Shown here piece after piece: positions 7,702 through 14,456 of a stretch of 39,058 nucleotides of DNA. The first letter of the stretch is position 1; every line of letters begins with the position of its first letter. The translations under genes and the position numbers were made by a program. The notes beneath the pieces are model-generated. The model had not been told where the DNA came from, did not search any database, and saw nothing but the letters and a program-made list of their open reading frames with translations. The DNA is from a virus (Duplodnaviria; Caudoviricetes). The DNA is taken from positions 1 to 39,058 of the IMG/VR virus record IMGVR_UViG_3300030451_005863. One strand, 5' to 3'.

Positions 7702-7948
7702 CCTATACCTCTTTCCTAGAAAAATAAATACAGGTCAATAAAATTCTATTTTTTTTCCATTAGGAAATGGTATTTTCCTAGAAATCTAGGAATTTTCCTA
7801 GTTTTTTTTTGAGAACTAGGAAAGCTTTTCTGTAATAAATACAATAGTTTAAGTAATATTTTCCTAGTTTCCTAGTAAAAAAGCTGTATTTGAAAAAAAA
7901 AATAAATTTTTTTTTCTAAGCAGTGGGTATAGGGTGTAGAACTAGGAA
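7702..7948. repeat. TTCCTAG/CTAGGAA iteron-like array in an AT-rich tract (candidate origin or pac region)
   Basis: TTCCTAG at 7713, 7775, 7795, 7861, 7869; CTAGGAA at 7786, 7816, 7942; bracketed by inverted CCTATACC (7702) / GGTATAGG (7926). Confidence 0.75.
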
Positions 7949-7950
7949 AA

Positions 7951-7967
7951 CTTAGAATAATTCTAAA
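7951..7967. promoter_or_regulatory. Irr/ICE-like palindrome
   Basis: CTTAGAA-TAA-TTCTAAA, one mismatch from the ICE consensus TTTAGAA-N3-TTCTAAA. Confidence 0.5.
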
Positions 7968-8039
7968 CTATAGATACCCACAGCGTTCGGTATCTTTTTT
8001 CTTGTTGATTTTGACATAAATCACGTATATCTTTAATTA

Positions 8040-8111
8040 GTTTTTTCATTTTTAGCACCTTTCAAACATAGGAGAACACATGACTTGGATCAGGGGGAAA
8101 CCCCTTGATCC
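8040..8111 (+). ncRNA. Candidate small RNA 1 (may also encode an 18 aa peptide, 8080-8136)
   Basis: Upstream TTGATT-17-TATCTT (8005-8033) and TTGACA (8011); ends in hairpin GGATCAGGGGG-aaa-CCCCTTGATCC (8087-8111). Confidence 0.4.
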
Positions 8112-8227
8112 CTGGCCCGTGACCCGTGATCCTTGACTATACATTCAACAACCAAGATACACGGCTCACTGATTCTGTTTGTTAATTTAATACCCTTGAC
8201 ACAACTAACTAAAAAAATATATACACT

Positions 8228-8290
8228 GCCTGTATATACAACTCCAATGTTTATGTGGGGGGCTGGTGAAGGGAGACTAGAGCCAGCCCT
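8228..8290 (+). ncRNA. Candidate small RNA 2
   Basis: Upstream TTGACA (8196) with TATATA/TATACA -10 candidates; no ORF; ends in a GGGCTGG...CCAGCCC hairpin that abuts the convergent stop at 8290. Confidence 0.4.
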
Positions 8291-8730
8291 TAAATAATAA
8301 CCGATACTAATATTGATGAAAATAGAGAAGTAGAGGCATGATAAACTGCTGATCTTAAATGCTCTAAATGTTTTCTATGATATTTTTTTGAACTAGGCTC
8401 TTTACACTTTCGATACTTCTGATATTGCACATAATACCTTCTCCAAGCAACTTGTTTTTCTGTAAATTTTATATCTTTTTTCTTAATAGCTTGCACATAT
8501 TTTGATTTTACATGTTCAGGGGAAAATCCTGCCCAATAACAAATACTTTGAAAATCATCACCTTCGTTCATAATCCAATTATGAGCTTCTAATTTAAATA
8601 TACTAGACTTACGATCGTTTTGATTATTACAAGAATCTTCTAATGCATTGCATAGTACACCCCGCCAAAGTTTTTCTTCTCCAGGAACATCGTTTGTTGA
8701 AAGTAATGTTGCAGCGAAACTAGTGCCCAT
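8290..8730 (-). CDS. Conserved-looking phage hypothetical protein
   Basis: EEKLWRGVL.NALED...AHNWI...DFQSICYWAG pattern; start at 8730 chosen to minimise overlap. Confidence 0.75.
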   Translation of the reverse strand: MGTSFAATLLSTNDVPGEEKLWRGVLCNALEDSCNNQNDRKSSIFKLEAHNWIMNEGDDFQSICYWAGFSPEHVKSKYVQAIKKKDIKFTEKQVAWRRYYVQYQKYRKCKEPSSKKYHRKHLEHLRSAVYHASTSLFSSILVSVII

Positions 8731-8944
8731 AAGTTTTAATAAGGTAGGTGAGTAAGTCACGATAATAAATTACCCTGTCAGGGTCACTCCTTTTTTTTGC
8801 AAGATAAAAGTTGTAATCATCATGAACATTTTCTATTAAATTATAAATATCCTGTCCAGACCAACCTTCAACTTTTGGAATATCAAGAAAATCTTTAAAT
8901 AAAGCCATATCGAGAGTATAATTATTATTAGCCACTTTTACCAC
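8720..8944 (-). CDS. Hypothetical protein (alternative start 8908)
   Basis: ORF tiled between neighbours; TATACT lies 6 nt before ATG 8908. Confidence 0.7.
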   Translation of the reverse strand: MVKVANNNYTLDMALFKDFLDIPKVEGWSGQDIYNLIENVHDDYNFYLAKKRSDPDRVIYYRDLLTYLIKTYGH

Positions 8945-9191
8945 CCTGTACGACCTTTAATTTAAACAACTTTGCTTTTGAAATAACTCTTTTTGACTTA
9001 AGATTTTTGTATATTTCTTTAATATCCTGCATAAAATTTGGATCAAATGTGTCTGCATAATCAAACTTTTGACCCATATATAAACGGAACATCACTCCTG
9101 TCACGAGTGAATATTCCTTCATATTTAATTTTTTAGCTAATAGATGTAGCGATTTGTGGAGATCGCTAATGTCTGGTGTATTTTTTGCCAC
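8928..9191 (-). CDS. Hypothetical protein
   Basis: 87 aa ORF with AAGGA RBS; C-terminal LKVVQGGK. Confidence 0.7.
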   Translation of the reverse strand: MAKNTPDISDLHKSLHLLAKKLNMKEYSLVTGVMFRLYMGQKFDYADTFDPNFMQDIKEIYKNLKSKRVISKAKLFKLKVVQGGKSG

Positions 9192-9426
9192 GAATCAATT
9201 CCTTTAATTTAGTTAATAAGTCTACCACAATACTGGCGCTTGATCCGTGTTTCTTGTTTGATTCCTTAAAGTATCCGTTACCTTCACACAATTTGCACAA
9301 CTTCAGGGGGTGTGGAACTTGTAATTCCTCTACACTTGCTAAATAACCATTTCCCTTACATTTAAAACAAATCTCGAAAGATTCTACTTTATCAAAAACA
9401 TTATCTGAATTGTAAGTCATAATCAA
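9166..9426 (-). CDS. DnaJ-type zinc-finger protein
   Basis: Two CxxCxGxG repeats: CFKCKGNG and CKLCEGNG. Confidence 0.8.
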   Translation of the reverse strand: MIMTYNSDNVFDKVESFEICFKCKGNGYLASVEELQVPHPLKLCKLCEGNGYFKESNKKHGSSASIVVDLLTKLKELIRGKKYTRH

Positions 9427-9434
9427 ACCTTTTT

Positions 9435-9845
9435 TTAATCCATTTCAGCATTGAGAACTGCTTGCTCTAATGTATCTAAAATTTTACGATGCTCTTTAAT
9501 AGCCTCAATAATATCGACTGCGTTTTTCTTTTTGATAATTCTATCAAAAGAAACTCTTAAAGTGTCAGCGCACTTATTTGCAATAGATTTATTTAAAGTT
9601 TGATATAGCTCTGTTCTATCCTCAATGCTCGATTCATCCATACTAAAATCTAAACCAAAAGAATCTAATGTTGAAGATAATTCATTTAAAGATTCCTTAC
9701 CAAAACCAGGCATACGTAGGAATTCTTCTTTTGACCTAATAACTATATCCCTCAACTTCCAAATTTCCATTTCAGCTAATATTTTTGATGTTCTACGACT
9801 TAAAGTTGATAAATTAGATATTTGTTTATCTAAAACATTACTCAT
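9435..9845 (-). CDS. RNA polymerase alpha subunit C-terminal-domain (alpha-CTD)-like protein
   Basis: LDKQISNLSTLSRRTSKIL..MEI..LRDIV.RSKEEFLRMPGFGKESLNEL...L.SFGL matches the alpha-CTD pattern L.LSVR..N.L....I....DLV...E.ELL..PNFG.KSL.EI...L...GL. GGAG RBS before ATG 9845. Confidence 0.8.
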   Translation of the reverse strand: MSNVLDKQISNLSTLSRRTSKILAEMEIWKLRDIVIRSKEEFLRMPGFGKESLNELSSTLDSFGLDFSMDESSIEDRTELYQTLNKSIANKCADTLRVSFDRIIKKKNAVDIIEAIKEHRKILDTLEQAVLNAEMD

Positions 9846-10059
9846 CTCTACTCCTTCCTGGCTTACCATTTGTTTTCAAAAGTTTATTTATGTATTTATC
9901 TGTGGGTTGTTTTGTTTTTTTAGCCCGTATATCAACATATTCATGTATCATTTTAGAAATCATACTTGCAGGTGATCTGAATTTTGCATTACATAGTGCT
10001 TTAAGAATATCATAATCTGGTTTTCTAACTGCAACTGATTTAAATTTGTTTATGTCCAT
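9838..10059 (-). CDS. Ribbon-helix-helix-like DNA-binding protein
   Basis: KSVAV beta-strand followed by helices YDILKALC and SPASMISKMIHEYV; AAGGAG RBS. Confidence 0.65.
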   Translation of the reverse strand: MDINKFKSVAVRKPDYDILKALCNAKFRSPASMISKMIHEYVDIRAKKTKQPTDKYINKLLKTNGKPGRSRDE

Positions 10060-10195
10060 TTTTTACTCCTTTGTTTAGTTTATTTGGGGTCATACCAAAC
10101 ATGAAAAATCCATCCTTATCTTGGTATAGTTTTTTAAACCCTAACTTTCTTAATTTAGTTGGCACTTTTACATTTTTATTTTTACTTGTAGCCAT
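10040..10195 (-). CDS. Small basic hypothetical protein, 51 aa
   Basis: MATSKNKNVKVPTKLRKLGFKKLYQDKDGFFMFGMTPNK... fills the gap in the operon; GAGGAG RBS. Confidence 0.6.
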   Translation of the reverse strand: MATSKNKNVKVPTKLRKLGFKKLYQDKDGFFMFGMTPNKLNKGVKNGHKQI

Positions 10196-10364
10196 GTTTC
10201 TTGCACTCCTCTTTGCATTGTTGTCGTGTTTTAATTTGAGGGTTTGACATTACATTGTGTACTCTCTCAAAATACGGATTAGTATCACCAAATGACCAGC
10301 CCTTGTACCTGCTTAATCTATCAATAGCAGCAAGCATACTATCTCTCCATTCTTTCTTTACCAT
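10182..10364 (-). CDS. Hypothetical protein
   Basis: 60 aa ORF tiled within the operon. Confidence 0.65.
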   Translation of the reverse strand: MVKKEWRDSMLAAIDRLSRYKGWSFGDTNPYFERVHNVMSNPQIKTRQQCKEECKKHGYK

Positions 10365-10468
10365 AATATTGGACCTAAGATTATTGCTAAGATAACCAAT
10401 AATGTTTTTGGAAAAGAAATCAAAAGAATAAGGATCAATAAAAAAAATTCTAGATTGTCGAACTTCAT
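10358..10468 (-). CDS. 36 aa membrane micro-protein
   Basis: MKFDNLEFFLLILILLISFPKTLLVILAIILGPILW; AGGAG RBS; ATGA overlap with the upstream gene. Confidence 0.7.
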   Translation of the reverse strand: MKFDNLEFFLLILILLISFPKTLLVILAIILGPILW

Positions 10469-10722
10469 TTTTTCTCCTGTTTACATTTTATCTCATCGTT
10501 AACTAACAGACTAACTATTTCTTGATTGAAAGGTTTATACAAATTACCAAAATCGTCACTCAAAAAAATATTCTTGACGTTTTGTTCATGTTTTATTTTT
10601 TCATTAGAAGTCATCATCGATTTACCATAGTAATCTTGTGAATCAATGTTGCTTAGTTGCCTGTCTAGTTTTTTGACAAGTTGCACAAATTGTTGTGACT
10701 GACTGTTTATGTGTATTTTCAT
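10465..10722 (-). CDS. Hypothetical protein, first gene of the regulatory operon
   Basis: Start moved to ATG 10722 because the 10749 start lies inside the promoter. Confidence 0.7.
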   Translation of the reverse strand: MKIHINSQSQQFVQLVKKLDRQLSNIDSQDYYGKSMMTSNEKIKHEQNVKNIFLSDDFGNLYKPFNQEIVSLLVNDEIKCKQEKK

Positions 10723-10724
10723 AG

Positions 10725-10782
10725 TCCCATTTACATAGGAGATCATCAAGAGAATGTCAAGAATTTAATTTTGTGCTATAAT
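10725..10782. promoter_or_regulatory. Divergent promoter pair with operator copy 4
   Basis: Minus: TTGACA (10755-10760)-17-TATGTA with operator TCCCAT-ttac-ATAGGA (10725-10740). Plus: extended -10 TGcTATAAT (TATAAT at 10777-10782). Confidence 0.7.
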
Positions 10783-10788
10783 AAATTT

Positions 10789-11010
10789 ATGAATTATATT
10801 ATGATTGGAATTCTTTGTATTTCTTCTTTTACTGAACCAGATTGTATTTTTTTCAATGAAGATCCAATAAAAAATTACACATCTTTTGAAAGCTGCCAAA
10901 AGGAAGCTGTCAAAAAAGTCAATGAAATGGGGCCAAATTTAAAAAATAACGGCATTCCTGTAACATCTATAAAAATCTACTGCATGCTTGACAAAAGTCA
11001 AAATACTTGA
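10789..11010 (+). CDS. Small Cys-containing hypothetical protein, 73 aa
   Basis: MNYIMIGILCISS..PDC...FESCQKEA...YC; start follows the -10 hexamer by 6 nt. Confidence 0.7.
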   Translation: MNYIMIGILCISSFTEPDCIFFNEDPIKNYTSFESCQKEAVKKVNEMGPNLKNNGIPVTSIKIYCMLDKSQNT

Positions 11011-11041
11011 TTTTTCACTTAAAAGTTGATAAGATAATCAC

Positions 11042-11266
11042 ATGAGGCAATATCTATGCCAGATCAGAGTAGCTGGACTTTATATTCATTGTGTCGTAAT
11101 GGCTGCTAGTGAAGAGATGGTGCTAGATAAAATTGCTGAAAGTTTAAACCAGGGTTCTTATAAGGTTGAAGAAGAAGGTTTCTACGATCCTAAAAGAATC
11201 TATGTAACTTTTGAGGAGACTTCAAATGGCGTTACAGAAACTGGTGTCGGAAAAACTGCAACTTGA
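11042..11266 (+). CDS. Hypothetical protein
   Basis: 74 aa ORF preceded by TTGATT-17-TAAGAT (11007-11035). Confidence 0.7.
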   Translation: MRQYLCQIRVAGLYIHCVVMAASEEMVLDKIAESLNQGSYKVEEEGFYDPKRIYVTFEETSNGVTETGVGKTAT

Positions 11267-11411
11267 AAGTCAATGGGCTAACAAGGCGCTAACTCAAGGA
11301 AGAGTAACTAGTGATATGCGGTGGATTGACATTAGAATAAAAGAGCTCAAAAAAAAGATCAATGATCAAAGTGTTGTTGATGCTGTTGATGAGTTAAAAA
11401 AAACTGGCTAA
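11226..11411 (+). CDS. Small coiled-coil hypothetical protein
   Basis: GAGGAG RBS before ATG 11226 (MALQKLVSEK...). Confidence 0.7.
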   Translation: MALQKLVSEKLQLESQWANKALTQGRVTSDMRWIDIRIKELKKKINDQSVVDAVDELKKTG

Positions 11412-11415
11412 ATAG

Positions 11416-11610
11416 TCAGTTAAATTGTTTTTTTCTTAAAATCGTTGATTCGGTAAAGGGACTTATGCCCTGAATTTTAAGCATACAGTCTGCACAATAA
11501 TATCTGTTGTAATCAACTACTACTGCTGTTTTGTTACAATTCCTCTCTTCACATTTTCTGTAAAAAGATGAGTTACTTTCTCTGTGTATTTTTTTATTTT
11601 TCCTTCCCAT
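11416..11610 (-). CDS. Small zinc-finger protein
   Basis: CEERNC...AVVV...YYCADC; overlaps the ParB-like gene by 91 nt. Confidence 0.5.
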   Translation of the reverse strand: MGRKNKKIHRESNSSFYRKCEERNCNKTAVVVDYNRYYCADCMLKIQGISPFTESTILRKKQFN

Positions 11611-11975
11611 AATTTTTCCATCAGTTTACTCATGTCAGGATGTAATTCCCAACAAAGAACATTCAATCTTGAAAAAAAATGAATTTCAGCTTTGTCTCTA
11701 GCTTTATAAAAAAAACTAGCATCACCATGCTTTTTTAGGATTTTGAATCTATGGTTTCCGTTCCTTAATCTTAACTCGTCATCAACAACCATCGGACACA
11801 AAAGACCATTTGATTCTATGTCAGACCGAACTGTTTGTTTAAAATCTGGATGTACACCGTGGACAATTTTTATGTCTTCAAATTTTAATAACTCTAATCT
11901 ATCTTTAAATATTCTATACAGAGGCCAGATAACAGTTCCAGATCCTGCAATTATATTTTTATGTAGCTTCTCCAA
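11520..11975 (-). CDS. ParB/Sulfiredoxin-like N-terminal domain protein
   Basis: DIESNGLLCPMVVD...RLRNGNHRF matches the ParB motif SI...GL..PI.V......DG.HR. Confidence 0.7.
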   Translation of the reverse strand: MEKLHKNIIAGSGTVIWPLYRIFKDRLELLKFEDIKIVHGVHPDFKQTVRSDIESNGLLCPMVVDDELRLRNGNHRFKILKKHGDASFFYKARDKAEIHFFSRLNVLCWELHPDMSKLMEKLWEGKIKKYTEKVTHLFTENVKRGIVTKQQ

Positions 11976-13824
11976 AATCTTCTCCTAATGCCATGTCAAC
12001 TTTACTTGGGACTTTAAATTCCATACATGTCTCCATTGTTTTTTTAATCTTATCTATATCAGATTTATCATGAATATCAAAACATAATTCATCATGTATT
12101 TGAAGCTTTGGTAGAAAACCAGCTTCTCTACAACTTACAATGGCTTGTTTTGTTTGATCTGCGGCTGACCCTTGGATAAGTCTGTTAAGTGCTTTGTAGG
12201 TAAACGCTCGTTTTATGTTATTTCTACCATATTTTGCAACAGCATTTTCAAAAGTTTCAGGTGAGTGTATACCAAAATCTTTTGTCTCCCACATATTAAA
12301 TCTACACTTTCTGCCTTTTTTTGTACGTATGACACCTTCATCACTTGCTTTTTTCATACATCTATCAGATAATAATTTTACAAATGGTACTTTACGATTA
12401 TATTTTGTTATTAAGTTTTCTGCTTCTTCCTTTGATAGTCCTAGGGATATCGCTAGTTTATTTTTACCCATCCCATACATTAGACCTAATCCTATTGTCT
12501 TCGCTTGTGATCTTTCTATGCCTGCTAGATCTGCTACTGTTTGATGGAAGTCTGTTTCTGAATTAGAATAAGCTGTAACTAATTCGTTTGATCCTTCATA
12601 ACCTTCCCCGATACTTGCTGCATAGTGAACGACCATTCTTGGTTCTTGTTGGGAGTAATCGAATGAACCCCATTTACAGTTTTCTTCGGGTAAGAATAAA
12701 CCTCGGATTCTTCTTGCATAATCTTTGTTACGTGCTGGTAACTGTTGAAGATTAGGATTAGCCATAGAGAGACGGCCAGAAACGGTCCCACCACTATCGC
12801 TACGTAATTGATTAATTTCACCATGAATACGACCGTTATACTCGTACTTAAGTATGCTTTGCAAGAAGGTACCATGAAATTTATTTATTTCTCTAGCTTG
12901 CATAATTAATTTACAAATTTTATGTTTTGAATTTGAAAGCCAATTGGTTGTGAAACTTGGTTCGCCTGTTGCGGTTCTTGGAAAATCTATTTTCAATCTC
13001 TCGAATACATGACCAATGGCCCGTGCTTTCCAAACGTCTACGTCTGACCCCGCGATTTTCTTAATATCCATCAAAACACCCTTTTCCTCGTCCATAAACG
13101 TGTTTTTAAGGGCATTTGCCTTATCTACGTCCACTCGTATACCTTTTTCCCTCATTTCAATTAAAATGGGCAATAAGGACGATTCTAGACTCCAAACGGT
13201 TTCAAGTGACTGGCTTTTAATTTCATGTTTAAATCTCTGCCATAATAGATACGTGAGCCGTGCATCTTGTTCCGCGTAAAAACCGACATGTTCGGCAGGC
13301 AACTTCCACATTTCAGCTTTTGGGTCTATACCATGGTCTTTTGCTGCTTCATTTAAATCTTGTTCACTTTTTAATTCTCCTAAATAATCTTTGGCTAAGG
13401 CATTTAAACTATATGACCACCTTGTTTCATCTACTATACCCGCAGCAATCATGGTATCAACAATAGGGCCATTTATTTTTATACCCATTCTCCGTAACCA
13501 ACCGACATCATATTGAGCATTATGAAATATTTTTGTAGCAGGTAAGGCACATACATCCTTTATATAATTTTTTACTTGTTCAGGTATCATGTTACCCCCA
13601 CCAAAATGATTGAATGGATAATACCCTTGCCAACCTTCAACGGCTACTGCAAAACCAATTACATAACCATTACCTGTAGCCCAACCAGCTCCTAATTTTT
13701 CATTGATACCATCATCTCTTGTTTCTAAGTCAATTGCTATTTCATTGAAACCCGAAAGATCTTTATACTCAGATGGACAAGACCAAATATGTTTTTTAAA
13801 ATTAAATGTAAATTGTAAACTCAT
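11959..13824 (-). CDS. polA: Family A DNA polymerase with 3'-5' exonuclease domain
   Basis: Exo motifs IDLET, FHNAQYD, YAEQD; Pol motifs SGRLSMANPNLQQ, DYSQQEPR (A), RSQAKTIGLGLMYGMG (B), QIHDEL (C). Confidence 0.97.
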   Translation of the reverse strand: MSLQFTFNFKKHIWSCPSEYKDLSGFNEIAIDLETRDDGINEKLGAGWATGNGYVIGFAVAVEGWQGYYPFNHFGGGNMIPEQVKNYIKDVCALPATKIFHNAQYDVGWLRRMGIKINGPIVDTMIAAGIVDETRWSYSLNALAKDYLGELKSEQDLNEAAKDHGIDPKAEMWKLPAEHVGFYAEQDARLTYLLWQRFKHEIKSQSLETVWSLESSLLPILIEMREKGIRVDVDKANALKNTFMDEEKGVLMDIKKIAGSDVDVWKARAIGHVFERLKIDFPRTATGEPSFTTNWLSNSKHKICKLIMQAREINKFHGTFLQSILKYEYNGRIHGEINQLRSDSGGTVSGRLSMANPNLQQLPARNKDYARRIRGLFLPEENCKWGSFDYSQQEPRMVVHYAASIGEGYEGSNELVTAYSNSETDFHQTVADLAGIERSQAKTIGLGLMYGMGKNKLAISLGLSKEEAENLITKYNRKVPFVKLLSDRCMKKASDEGVIRTKKGRKCRFNMWETKDFGIHSPETFENAVAKYGRNNIKRAFTYKALNRLIQGSAADQTKQAIVSCREAGFLPKLQIHDELCFDIHDKSDIDKIKKTMETCMEFKVPSKVDMALGEDFGEAT

Positions 13825-14018
13825 TCTACAAATTTCTTTTTTACTAACTTATTGATTTGATGTTTATTACTAAATGCATAAAGACAACCTTTATAATCAT
13901 GTGCAAATATTTCGAAAAAAGGGCCTTCAGGACCATTACAACCTTTTCTAGTAGGATAAATTTCTAAAATAAATTTATGTCTAGCTACCGTTATGTTTTT
14001 TCTTTTTAGGTAGGCCAT
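13821..14018 (-). CDS. Hypothetical protein
   Basis: 65 aa ORF with ATGA overlap to polA. Confidence 0.65.
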   Translation of the reverse strand: MAYLKRKNITVARHKFILEIYPTRKGCNGPEGPFFEIFAHDYKGCLYAFSNKHQINKLVKKKFVE

Positions 14019-14253
14019 TTAAGTCTTTAAGTTTTAATTTTTCTAATTCACAATAATGAATTATTTTATCTAAGTCTTCCACTCCATTTTTATTCAAGTA
14101 ACGACACACATACTTAATAACGTTCCCTTGAAAAAAAGATAAATTATTTTTTGAAATAAATTCATAAGGTTGAATATGAAAATCTTTGTAATGATTTCCA
14201 CCTATTTGACGTTGTTGTGGAAAGGAATCTTTAAATATATCTTCGTTTGTCAT
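13981..14253 (-). CDS. DUF3310 / SaV-like protein
   Basis: QIGGNHY...IQPYEFI...QGNVIKYVCRY..KNG.EDL.K..HY. Confidence 0.85.
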   Translation of the reverse strand: MTNEDIFKDSFPQQRQIGGNHYKDFHIQPYEFISKNNLSFFQGNVIKYVCRYLNKNGVEDLDKIIHYCELEKLKLKDLNGLPKKKKHNGS

Positions 14254-14456
14254 ATTTTAAATTCTTGTAATACTTTTAACTTTTCCTCTGCGTTTGCAAT
14301 TTTTTCAATAAGTTTGTCTACCTCATCAATATGCTGTGGATGCTCACCTATACCAACAGGTTTCTCCATATATATTTTAAGAGTTGCTTCAGCTTCAGAA
14401 ATTTGTGCATTATATCTGTCTTCTAATGCGTGTATAATTACTTGTTTAAACTCCAC
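14250..14456 (-). CDS. Conserved-looking marine phage hypothetical protein (start uncertain, GTG assumed)
   Basis: ALEDRYNAQI.EA.A...IY...PVGIGEHPQ..DEVDKLI. Confidence 0.7.
   Translation of the reverse strand: MEFKQVIIHALEDRYNAQISEAEATLKIYMEKPVGIGEHPQHIDEVDKLIEKIANAEEKLKVLQEFKI

Noticed and set aside
8040-8290. tRNA or known riboswitch in the intergenic region
   Set aside because: No cloverleaf, T-loop consensus or aptamer that I recognise; an Infernal/Rfam scan would be needed to exclude one fully.
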